Shown one piece after another: positions 39,119-50,427 of a stretch of DNA of 64,000 nt (position 1 is the stretch's first letter; each line of letters starts with the position of its first letter). Below the pieces are notes generated by a model, which was given only the letters and a program-made list of their open reading frames with translations, had not been told where the DNA came from and did no database searches. A program made the position numbers and the translations under genes. The stretch is taken from NCBI RefSeq assembly GCF_020745735.1, contig NC_083422.1, forward strand, positions 28,582,001-28,646,000. The letters are read 5' to 3'. The stretch comes from Hemiscyllium ocellatum (lineage: Eukaryota).

Positions 39119-40589
39119 ATGCAATTCTGAGGTTTGCAAGCAAGGACTGGTTAAACCCAATTGGTGCACTGCCCTCTGTGAATGGTCATAGGCATGTATT
39201 GTTTGACACAGTGTGGCAGTCATTGAAATATACAGCCTGCATAAATGGCATCATACCATCTATACATAACACAACTACTCATTTATGAGGCATTTACATT
39301 GCCTTTTGGGCTTGATGGCAGTTTCCTCTTAATGGAGAAAACCACTTGTACATTTATTCCAAAGTATCAGCTTGAAACTGCTAATTTTTAAAGTTTTGAG
39401 ATGCATTCATTCTCCAGGGTAATGTGAGGTAAACTGGATATTTTATCAAAAGTAGTGGTTGTAGGCAGTTTCATAAGTTTGCATGATTTACAGAGTGATG
39501 TTTTGATCATACTTTCTAAACTGCTTTTCCTTTCCAAATTTGGCTTTGTGTACATTAATCCTGATAAATGCAAAATGAAAAGCTTCAACTTTGTATCTAT
39601 TTCCATCAATGTTGAAGTCAAATCCATACTCTGTCTTCAAATATGTATCTAATGATGCATACACATAAATCATGCTAGATTGGCGGGGGAGGGGGTCGGC
39701 GGATGGAGGGTGATGGGCTAGAGGCTCCAAGGAAGGAATGCAGAAAATGAAAATTACATGAGGAGGTGGGATGGGAAGAGGAGGCTCTGCAGGACAGAGA
39801 GAGAGGGAGAGAGACAGAGATGGGCTTCCGGCCAGGATACATTGAATCACTGTGCTCTTGAATACCTTGCAAATAAATATGGAACGTCTATCTCAAGCCT
39901 GTACATGTTCAGGACCTACTAAATGGAAAAGTATATAGTGGAGGGTATTGTAATAAAAGCCATGTCAGCTATTTAATTTAATCTGACATTAGGATCTGAA
40001 ATGTGGTAAGCAGGCTACCAACTGCCTTGTTAAAATATTTGTTGTTGTGTACAAATATGCATTGTGACCTCACCAGTCTGTGGAAGATGTGCTTACAGTA
40101 ATAGTTTGTATGTGTGCATGCGTGTTAAATCCATCAGTTATTTTGGGAAAAAGAAAACTTTTGTTACTGAGTGTTTTGTGTCACTCAAATACTCCAGTTT
40201 TGAAGAAATTAATGTATTCCTTGCATGTTTTGGTTTTAAGCTCTTTGTAGGTTTGCAATTTGAGGATATTTATGAATTCTTCTAATTCTGTTTCTATGGA
40301 ATCCAAATATCCAAATGTGTCAACACAAATACAAGAGTCAGCAGTATCACCTAATCTATAAAATAACGCCCCAAAAAGCCAAAGCAAATTCTTGACAAAA
40401 TCTAAATAACAGACCCCATAATATTCCAAAGCAATTTAAAGCAACTGATGCATTTTTGAAGTGTAACTACTATTGCACTGTAGGAAAAAAACAAATTTGT
40501 GGACAGTAGGTTTCCAAAGCCAGGTACATGACAACAGGACAATCCATTTCTTGGGGAATAACTATTTACATAAACATCAGGGCAAACTC

Positions 40590-40806
40590 TCACTTTCCTG
40601 CTCTTCTTTAAACTAGTGTCATAGGATCCAGCTGACAGGTAGAGGAGACATCAGTTTAACATCTGATTCTAAAGATACAGCACTCCTTTCATACTACACT
40701 GGACTATCAGCTTAGGTTTTTGTTCTCAAGTCTCCAGGTCTGGACATGAACCGATAACCGTTTGACTCATAAGCAAGAGGGCGACTGACGAAGCCAAGGC
40801 TGACAC
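40590..40806 (-). mobile_element. DeuSINE (SacSINE1/AmnSINE1-like), decayed
   Basis: CCTGCTCTTCTTTAAACTAGTGTCATAGGATC..GTTTAACATCT..CAGCACTCC..ACTACACTGG..TCAGCTTAG..CTCAAGTCTC..TGAACC..TGACTCA resembles the Deu domain and tRNA-like head as I recall them. Confidence 0.7.
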
Positions 40807-42125
40807 TGTGACAGACTGCAAAAACAGTTACCAGAAGGCACTTAGGAGGCAAAAACTCTTTTTCTTGACTGAATATAAGAATGCAAAAAAAAACAGTTGC
40901 AGTGCTACAACTGAGTGCAGTTGACTCAGACAAAAAAAAACCCAACTGTATGAATCAGTGAGCAAGTTTGTGCTTGATTAAAATCAAATACAAGGTGAGA
41001 TTGTGAAAACATTACATAATCAGAAACTAAAACAAGTTCTAACTAATCACTCATTTCTGTTACTATCAGAGATTCAGATTATATTAATAGCAGAGTTAAA
41101 TATAAGAGTAGCGAATTAATAAGTTTATGCAAGACATTGATTATGATGCTGTTCAAGTTGAGTGCATTTTTGGGCACATTATAGAAAGGACAATAAATAT
41201 AGGGAGAGATTACAGCACAGTTCACCAACTGATCTACATCTAAAATGACTGACATGAAAAGAAAAATCCTAATCACAAGTTCGGGCTGCAGTGAATATAG
41301 TGAAAGTAGGATATGTAAACATCACAAGAAAATGGGTCTCTATCAATTACAAAACTGTGTTTTATTGATTCTTCCAAACAAGTTACAATCAGGCCAACAG
41401 AGTTAAATCATGATGAGTAATAAATCAGACGAACTGACTTTTCAGTTGTGCTGAAGTTGTCAGCCATTCCTGCAGGAAGGGCAATCGAAGGCCGCCTGTC
41501 ATCAAGCAGTGCTCTAGATTGGTAAGATTGGATTAGCCAAACTGCTACAAGTTTGCATTGAGCTAACACCAAGCAACTGGAGTAGAAATAGGCAAAACTA
41601 CAGCAATAAATCATAAGCGAGTCAACATCAGGAACTCCCTGTGAAACTCTGCCACTATGACTAAACCTGTGAGGAAGTTAAAAGTATTGGCAATTGGAGA
41701 CAAATTGAAGTTCATACAGCAAATGGAAATTCTTCGTTCAAAGCCAAAAACACAGACTTTACTAAGGAGCATTATATTCCACCATTAAGTTTGTGAAAAT
41801 CTTGGAAAAGTTTGATAAGCAGGCATTTTCTCCAGCAAAAAAAAAATTAGAATGGATAACTATAATATAACTTTTATAATGTAATATAATTGAAGGTGAT
41901 CTAATGTACATCATGGAAGTTTGAGCACAGAATGTCAGCTTTAGAGAGCTAACTCCTAACAGTTGTCAAATGTATTTTCCTGTATAGGGTCCAGACATTT
42001 TCAGGTGTAAACACGTTTAAAAACAAAGACAGTTTCCACATTACTGTGACACTTACTGTGTCACTGTTTTCATTTGCTTGTCGGGGAACATTTGTAGGAA
42101 AGGTTGGGTCGTATAGGGGCCTAGG

Positions 42126-42679
42126 AGGAAGTCTGAGGACTGCAGATGCTAGAGATCAGAGTTGAAAAATGCAGCACTGGAAAAGCACAACAAGTCAGGC
42201 AACATCCAAGGAGCAGGAGAATCGACGGGCAGCATGGTGGCTCAGTGGTTAGCACTGCTGCCTCACAACGCAAGGGGCCTGGGTTTGATTCCTGCCTCAG
42301 GTGACTGTCTGTGTGGAGTTGCACATTCTCGTTGTGTCTGCGTGGGTTTCCTCCGGGTACTCTGGCTTCCTTCCACAATCCAAAGATGTGCAGGTTAGGT
42401 GAATTGGCCATGATAAGTTGCCCATAGTGTTAGGTACATTAGTCAGAGGGGAATTGATCTGGGTGGCTTATTCTTTGTAGGGTCGGTGTGGACTTGTTGG
42501 CCCAAATGGCCTGTTTTTCCGTACTGTAAGGAATCTAATCTAATCAGTTTCAGGCATAAGCCCTTCATCAGGAATTTGGGGCACATTTCTGATGAAGGCT
42601 TATGCCTAAAACATCAATTCTCCTGTTCCTTGGACGCTGCCTGACTTGTTGTGCTTTTCCAGCACCACACTATTCGACT
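42126..42679. mobile_element. Palindromic Penelope-derived mini-element interrupted by an HE1 SINE
   Basis: Left arm 42126-42226 plus 42546-42572 (..ATCGAC|AGTTTCAGGCATAAGCCCTTCATCAGG); right arm 42589-42679 (CTGATGAAGGCTTATGCCTAAAAC..). Confidence 0.9.
42227..42545 (+). mobile_element. HE1-type V-SINE, full length
   Basis: Head GGGCAGCATGGTGGCTCAGTGGTTAGCACTGCTGCCTCAC, V-domain and tail GAATCTAATCTAATC. Confidence 0.95.
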
Positions 42680-43789
42680 TGCTAGGGGACTCTCCAAATA
42701 ACTCAAAGCTCCACTTAACATGTACTGGTGGGTGGGCCCCTTCAATTTAGCTGAGTTTTTCAGGCTAGTTATATTGAGTGAATTCTATTGTACATGAATG
42801 CAAATGTTCAGAAAAATGTGAAACACTTGGAGCTTGCAAATATTGGACCAGTATCAGCTGCCCAACTCAGAAGATGGTGTATTGAGATTTGAGAACAAAA
42901 AATGATGTCTGAAGTGCAATACTGAGTGTGTTACACTGTTGAATCATTTTAGACAAGACATTAAACATAGGCCTAGGGACCCCGTCAGGTGCACTAGTTT
43001 GATAAAAGTACATGGGAACACTCTTGGATTCCTGGCCATTCTTAACAAAACAAATCTAAATAACCCTTCATTTTGCAGCTTGTGGGAAATTGAGTTCAAT
43101 TTGCCGGCCAAATTTCCTACAATTTGTGACTTCACTTTAAGTGACAGCATGGAAGATATATGGGGATATGGAGATGGCATTGACAGTGGATGGGAGTGGG
43201 GAGAAGGTGAGAGAGGGTGAAGTTTAGCCAGATGTCAAACATTGCACAGAAATGGTGAGCTGAGATGGGCCTTCTACCAAACCTGCCTGTGCTCCCAAAC
43301 TCTCCACCCAGTCCAGAGTAGTTTGTACAGTGAACAGCAAACAAAAAGATAAAACTGGCATGTTAAGTCACACCTGTGCTTGGTGTACAATTTTTAAAAA
43401 AAAATATTCATGGGATGAGGGTGTCTCTGGCTAGTATTCAGTGTCTATCTCTAATTGCCCAGAGGGCAGTTCTGAATCAATCACATTGCTGTGGGTATGG
43501 AATCACATGTAGTCCAGGACGGGTAAGGATGGCACTATAGCAGTGCACAAGTCATGTCTCCCGAAGTGAGAAAAAGTCCAAGTCCTAGTTTTACAGTAGA
43601 ACAGCACAGATCCCAAAGAGTTAGTTATCAGCATTACAAAGCAGAGCTTAGATGCTACGTGGCTTTTCAGTACTTCTTTATTTTGCCATTATTGGGAAGA
43701 CTGAAGCTAATGTTTTCAATCGCTGTTCCAAACTCCATTCCTTAGATACCTACGCCACCCCCTCCTCCCAGCAAAAATCTACGATTAAA

Positions 43790-44200
43790 TCCGTTTTCAA
43801 CTTTAGTGTCACATTTGATGTATAGATGAGCTTCTGACCTTATATTTGCAGTGTAGCAGCCTATTTCCCCATTGTAGCATTGCTCACATACACTCTCAGG
43901 ACAGCTCATCTGCTGCTGAAATCCTCATTCATATCTTTGTCACGCGTAACATTTCCACTATACTGCTGGGCAGCCTCCCACATTTTACCCTCCATAAAGA
44001 AGCTCATCCAAAACTCTGCTGCCCATTTTACTCGCATTGAGTCCCCTTCATCCATCTCACCACAATGTTTGCTGACGACTTCGGCTCAAGGTCAAGCAAT
44101 GTCTTGGCTTTTAAAATTCTCTTCCTTTTGCTTCTTCCAAATTCCTCAATAAACTTGTCAACACCCACCTCTCCACCCCCAGAATCTCCTCCAGTTCCAC
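43790..44200 (+). mobile_element. L2-clade LINE fragment
   Basis: SAAEILIHIFVT..LLGSLP..LIQNSAAH reading, typical of the L2 ORF2 C-terminus. Confidence 0.7.
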
Positions 44201-44693
44201 AATAAAAGGGATATCTAAGAGAGTTCTCACTGAACTCTAACTCACATGTACTGAAACCTCAAATGGTCAAGTATTACTGTGATGCTAAGCTCTATAACTA
44301 AAATCCCACACTAATCTGTGGTCAGTTCTGAGCTCCCTCAAGATAGCCATCTTGGCAGTGAATATCTAAAACTAGTCACAGGACAAAACTAATTGGCTGT
44401 ATCTGATTACACCTAGTGAAGGTGCACACATGAGAGTTTTGGATGGGATTGAAGTGAGCTCACATTTGATGATAATCACCTTCAAGTACTTGTTGTCTAC
44501 ACTTACATTAGGAATGGATGCCTGAGTGAGGTAGCAGAAAATCACAGGTGCTCTCAGATGAATATCTCAATGCCCTTCAGAAGGAAAGCAGCAGATTTCT
44601 TGACTTGGTTGAATCAGGTGTTATAGATGTTGGACATTGCTGCACATATCCCCGACACCAGCCAAGAAAACAAAATTAAACACCATAGCTTAT

Positions 44694-47503
44694 TGGATAT
44701 AGGTTCACTCGCTGAGCTGGAAGGTTCATTTTCAAATGTTTCAATAGACAATAGGTGCAGGAGTAGGCCATTCTGCCCTTCGAGCCTGCACCACCATTCA
44801 TTATGATCATAGCTGATCATCCTCAATCAGTATCCTGTTCCTGCCTTATCTCCATAACCCTCAATTCCACTATCCTTGAGAGCTCTATCCAACTCTTTCT
44901 TAAATGAATCCAAAGACTGGGCCTCCACTGTCCTCTGGGGCAGAGCATTCCACACAGCCACCACTCACTGGGTGAAGACGTTTCTCCTCATCTCTGTCCT
45001 AAATGGCCTACCCTTTATTTTTAAGCTGTGTCCTCTGGTTCGGCACTCACCCATCAGCAGAAACATGTTTCCTGCCTCCACAGTGTTCAGTGTTCAATCC
45101 TTTCATAATCTTATATGTCTCAATCAGATCCCCTCTCAGTCTTCTAAACTCAAGGGTATACAAGCCCTGTCGCTCCAATCTTTCATCATAAGATAGTCCC
45201 ACCATTCCAGGAATTGACCTCATGGACCTACACTGCACTCCCTCAATAGCCAGAATGTCTTTCCTCAAATTTGGAGACCAGAACTGCACACAATTTTCCA
45301 GGTGCGGTCTCACCAGGGCCCTGTACAGCTGCAGAAGAACCTCTTTGCCTCTATACTCAATCCCTCTTGTTATGAAGGCCAGCATGCTATTAGCTTTCTT
45401 CACTACCTGCTGTACCTGCATGCTTACCTTCATTGACTGGTGTCCAAGAACACCCAGATCTCTCTGTACTGCCCCTTTACCTAACTTGACTCCAATTAGG
45501 TAGTAAACTGCCTTCTTGTTCTTGCCACCAAAGTGGATAACCATACATTTATCCACATTAAATTGCATCTGCCGTGCATCTGACCACTCACCTAACCTGT
45601 CCAGGTCACCCTGTAACCTCCTAACATCCTCCTCCCACATTTCACCCTGCCACCCAGCTTTGTATCATCAGCAAATTTGCTAATGTTACTATTAATACCA
45701 TCTTCTACATCATTAATATATATTGTAAACAGCTGCAGTTCCAACAGAGATCCCTGCAGTACCCCACTGGTCACTGCCTGCCATTCCGAAATGTAGCTGT
45801 TTATCACTACCCTTTGTTTCCTATCAGCCAACCAATTTTCAATGGTATTAGGGCCCCCAATACCATGCTCCCTAATTTTGCTCACTAACCTCCTATGTGG
45901 GACTTTATCAAAGGCTTTCTGAAAGTCGAGGTACACTACATCCACTGGATCTCCCTTGTCCATCTTCAGAGTTACATCCTCAAAAAAACTTCAGAAGATT
46001 AGTCAAGCATGATTTCCCTTTCATAAATCCATGCTGATTCTGACCTATCCAGTTACTGCTATCCAGATGTGTCATAATTTCAAGTTTCATCACCATACTA
46101 GGTAACATCACTGGTGAACCTCTGGATGAAGCATTGTTGGCATGGCCCGCTTTCTATTTATGTGTTTAGTTTTCTTTGGGTTGGTGATGTTATTTCCTGT
46201 GGTGACATCATTTCCTGTGCTGATGTCATTTTCCATTCTTTTTCTCAGGGCGTGGTAAATGGGGTTCAAGTCAATGTGTTTGTTGATAGTGTTCCGGTTG
46301 GAATGCCATGCTTTTAGCAATTCTCGTGAGTGTCTCTGTTTGGCATGTCCTAGGATGGATGTGTTGTCCCAGTTGAAGGGGTGTCCTTCCTCTTCTGTTT
46401 GTAAGGGTACTAGTGAGAGTGGGTCATGTCTTTATGTGGCTAGTTGTTGTTCATGTATCCTGGTAGTTAGTTTTCTATCGGTTTGTCCAATGCAGTGTTT
46501 GTTACAACTACAATAAACTGCCATTCTGGATGTCACAGTAGAGCGAACAGGTATTGGGGAACTTCCAACCAGCATCTACAGGAAAACAACAAATACTGAC
46601 CAAATACTGAGCTATAGAAGCAATCATCCCAACACCCACAAATGAAGCTGTATTAGAACATTATTTTAATGAGCCACCACACACTACAGCACAGAGAAAC
46701 TATACAGAGCAAGAGGAAAATCACCTATACAGCATATTCAAAAAGAATGGGTACCCAATAAATACAGTCCGCCGATTTCTCAACAACAAACCCCAATAAG
46801 CAGACAAAACACGTCTAGAAACCCAAGACACTCACCCCTACATCAAAAACATCTTGAAAATGACTGCCAGACTACTCAGACCTCTTGGCATCATGGTAGC
46901 CCACAAACCCACCAATACACTAAAACAGCAGCTAATGAACTTGGAAAGACCCTATACAGACAACAAACAAAACTAATGTCATTTACAAAATACCTTGCAA
47001 GAACTTTAACAAACACTACATTGGACAAACAGGCAAAAAACTAGCCACCAAGATACATGAACAACTAGACACAAAAAGACATGACCCTCTCCCACTAGTA
47101 TCCTTACATACGGATGAGGAAGGACATCACTTTGACTGGGACAACACATCCATCCTAAGACAAGCCAAGCAGAGACACGCACGAGAATTGCTAAAAGCAT
47201 GGCATTCCAAACAGAACGATCAACAAACACATTGACTTGGATCCAATTTACCCTCTCCTGAGAAAAAGAACAGAAAGTGATGTCACCACAGGAAATTGCA
47301 TCACCACAGGCAATTACATCACCAACCTAAGGAAACCTAAACACGAAAAGAAAGCGGGCCATGCCACCAATGCTTCATCCGGAGGCTCAACGATGAGGTT
47401 ATCTAGTACGACGACAAAACATCTGAAAACGCATCTTCCAGCTCAACAAGCAAACCTACATCCAGATTCTCAATCTGAGCTACAAATCTTCTCAAAACTT
47501 GCT
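44694..47503 (+). mobile_element. Penelope/Poseidon-type element with inverted 3' duplication, interrupted by CR1
   Basis: Forward part 46507-47503 reads SIYRKTTNTDQIL..NHPNTHK, NVIYKIPCKN..HYIGQTGKKL (GIY-YIG) and HHFDWDNTSIL. An inverted copy of its 3' end lies at 46084-46506 plus 44694-44743. Flanks are ACCATAGCTTAT (44682) and ACCATGGGTTAT (47505). Confidence 0.92.
44744..46082 (-). mobile_element. CR1 LINE, 5'-truncated, young
   Basis: VDVVYLDFQKAFDKVPHRRL, ISKFADDTKLGG and LYRALVRPHLENCVQFWSPNLRKD; tail CCTATTGTCTATT; GTTTCA at 44738 and 46084. Confidence 0.96.
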
Positions 47504-48979
47504 AACCATGGGTTATGTATGACTACTGATAATAATAGTCAATAACATGTGAATGAATTTTGAGATGGTCCCCTCTCATTTTATGATTTGTAGCAATCCA
47601 TTTAACTGAAACGATGCAAACAATGCTGCTACAATAGGGGAACAGAAGAATAGCAGGTAAATATTTTAAACAGTATTCACCAATATCAGAACAGTCATTT
47701 CTAATCTTAAATTTGAAATCAGTTGCCTGCCATGATTACCATTCAAAAGAGAAGGGTTTGACATTTTGTATTGTTGATTGCAGATGACAATGTCCTTACT
47801 TGAAGGTTGAACATCATGTAGGCAAAAGAGGCAGCAGATTTAAAAGGTAGGAGGCTGGCTTTCATTGTGGAGATGCAGGGCCAGCTAAGACAGTAAAAGC
47901 CAATTGACATTTGTTTGGATTAGTTGGCAAGCTGCCATGTCTTCCGGCAATGGTGTAATTCTCCTGGGGTGAATGCAGTATCATTATTCACCTTGGAAAA
48001 GCCTTTCCTTCTTTACAGCATCTGCGCTGAACAGGTGAAATCAAGTGGAAGAATTCTTCAAAAGCAGGAAATCCTAACTTTCATTTTAACTTGCTCTCAA
48101 TAACAGTCAACTGCAGTACTGTACATATCCCTGCAGACTGAATAATAAACCACAGCTGGCAAAGAATAAAAGGTGTGCCTCTGATCGACAGATTATATGT
48201 GACCTCTTTAACCTTTAGCACTGCATTTGTCAGCAAATCAATCCATGCTGCACTTTCAAGAGCTACACCAAGATAAATCAGTTTGCCATATAGCCAAAGA
48301 CTCAAGCAATTACTAAAGCAATTCCACTCGTTCAGTTCACGTTATTGATGCATTTCTCAAGAAGATTTCGATAAAATAGTTCTGATTTTTCTGGGGAATT
48401 GATTTTTCTTGGCTCACTGAAAATTTTAATAAATTAAATGTAGTGCTTGATGGTCATTAAGAGGACGAAAGGCTAGAAAAGAACAGTGAGCAGTTCCCAT
48501 CAGTGTCAGCAGGAAGCAGCTGTGGATCAAACGCAGCATTGACAGATGCAGAATAATGTTAATCTCAACAGCAGAAAACTGGCCCTATCTGGCAATTCAC
48601 CACCGCAATTTATTTCATCTTCTCCATATCAACCATCTTTGTGATATTCTACATGAAATTGGTATCTTTAGCTAAAAGATTGTTTCCTTTCTCACCACCA
48701 GGAAAAGGATTTTCAAGAACTGATTTTGTTTTACTGTTCCAGCCAGCTGGAAAGTAATGTGCACATCCACAAGATGACATGGTCATGGCATACTACAGCC
48801 AAAGCTATGATCATTGGACAAATTCAAGGATTCAGCTTGCAGATCACATACTCATGGATTAAAAACATGATTAGGTATAGTTCAGCACCATTCACAACTC
48901 CTCAGGTACTGAAGCATTCCACACCTGCATGCAGCAAGACCTGGACGATACCCAACTTTGCGGTGACAAATGGCAAGTA

Positions 48980-49230
48980 ATAACCATAACTTCCCTTACT
49001 AATCAAGACTCTAATCGATCTTTGCCTTAAATACACTCGATTATTTTGCCTCCACAGCCCTATGCAACAACAAATTCCCCTATTAACCACCCTCTGGCTG
49101 AAGAAATTCCTCATGTGTTCTAAGACATTGTGCCCTCACTCAGATAATGTCCTTGGGTCCTAGTCTCTCCTACTAGTAGAAACATCTTCTCCGTGTCCAC
49201 TTTATCCAGGCCTCTTAGAATTCTGTAGTG
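48980..49230 (-). mobile_element. CR1 LINE 3' fragment
   Basis: MRNFFSQRVVN..YLRQRS reading (ORF 48902-49114). Confidence 0.75.
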
Positions 49231-49244
49231 ATCATTGCAAATAC

Positions 49245-50262
49245 TTGACCACTTCCATCTAGAAGGACACAGATGTTATGAAGATGTGGGTGTACTGTAC
49301 CAATAAGAAAGTTATTACCAATAGAATGACCTGATAGAACCAAGTGTTCTGAAAAAAAAAGCTATGATGCAACATTTAGTCAAACAACGCGATTAGCTGA
49401 TTGCCCAGACACAAAAACAAATTTGAATTTGACCAGTTTAAATTATACCCCAAAATACCAAATTCCAATCAAGTTTGAATTGAGTATATTGGCAATCTTA
49501 AAAGCCAATGACACAATCCAATACTTTTGGGGTGTATGACCAGGGAAAATTGAACAGTTGGAAGGAGAAATGCCACATTACCAGCATGTAGAGACTGCCC
49601 AAAAAAAAGCTCACTTAAAAGGTATCTTTATTGATCTGTGATCAGTGAAGCATAATCCCGAAGAAGGAGAAAAGAGGACACAGGAAGATTCAAATAGAAG
49701 CTCTAACAGCTGGTTTTGAAAACTTGAATTTTGGGTAAATCTTAAATCGGCGGGGGGGGGGTAGGTTTATTGGAGTAGTATTATAGAAAGGTAGATAAAA
49801 GATAGTTTAGAGGAAGGAGTTGTAAATAGTTGTTAGTTAATTATTCTCTGTTATACTTTAAGAAATAAAGTTGTTAATTTTTACTTTAAATATAGTTTTT
49901 GGCCTCAAATTTTCACAGATTACTGCACATGATAAATCTTTTCTGTGTTGCTGGTTTAACTTAAGAGGAGGGTTTACTCCATGTCATAACACAGACAACG
50001 GATATATGGGAACACCACCATGTGCAAGATCCCCTCCAAGCCACTCACATTCCTGACTTGGAAATATATTACCGTTACTTCAGTGTCAATGGGTCAAAAT
50101 ACAATAATTCTCTCCTTAACAGCATTGTGGGTCAACCGACAACACTTCAACTGCAGTGGTTCAAGAAAGTAGTTCAGCACCATCTTCATAAGGACTACTA
50201 GGAACAGGTAATAAATCCTGGCCTAGCCAGCAAAGCCCATGTCCCATAAGGGAATAAAATAA
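49245..50262 (+). mobile_element. CR1/L2-group LINE 3' end (second family), split by a solo LTR
   Basis: ACCACTTCCATCTAGAAGGACA | ..ATGGGAACACCACC..CCCTCCAAGCCACTCAC..CTGACTTGGAAATATAT..GCCTAGCCAGCAAAGCCCAT..GAATAAAA. Confidence 0.85.
49274..49991. mobile_element. Solo LTR, 718 bp
   Basis: TGTTATGA...TCATAACA perfect 8-bp inverted termini; 4-bp TSD CAGA at 49270-49273 and 49992-49995; internal AATAAA near 49865. Confidence 0.9.
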
Positions 50263-50270
50263 AACAATTA

Positions 50271-50427
50271 CAGAGGAACCTCTATTATCCGAAGGACTCG
50301 GGTGGGGAGTATTTCGTTCGGTTAATCAAATGCCAGAAAACAGTTTAGCCAAGCCTCGGGACCTTGCAACCTTGCCGGATAATCTGATATTTGGATAATC
50401 AAATGCCAGATAATCAAGGCTCCTCTG
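50271..50427. mobile_element. Tc1/mariner-pogo (Tigger-like) MITE
   Basis: TA|CAGAGGAACCTCTATTATC ... GATAATCAAGGCTCCTCTG|TG: imperfect TIRs of about 19 bp, with a TA target on the left. Confidence 0.8.

Larger units (their letters stand above)
41657..42790 (+). mobile_element. Tigger/pogo DNA transposon remnant, interrupted
   Basis: MTKPVRKLKVLAIGDKLKFIQQME from 41657 resembles the CENP-B/psq HTH N-terminus. The right end ...GAGTGAATTCTATTG followed by TA resembles a pogo TIR plus TA target. Confidence 0.5.

Noticed and set aside
48445-48480. Stand-alone hammerhead (CTTGATG-GTC..GAC-GAAA)
   Set aside because: The core deviates from CUGANGA and there is no convincing stem I or stem III.
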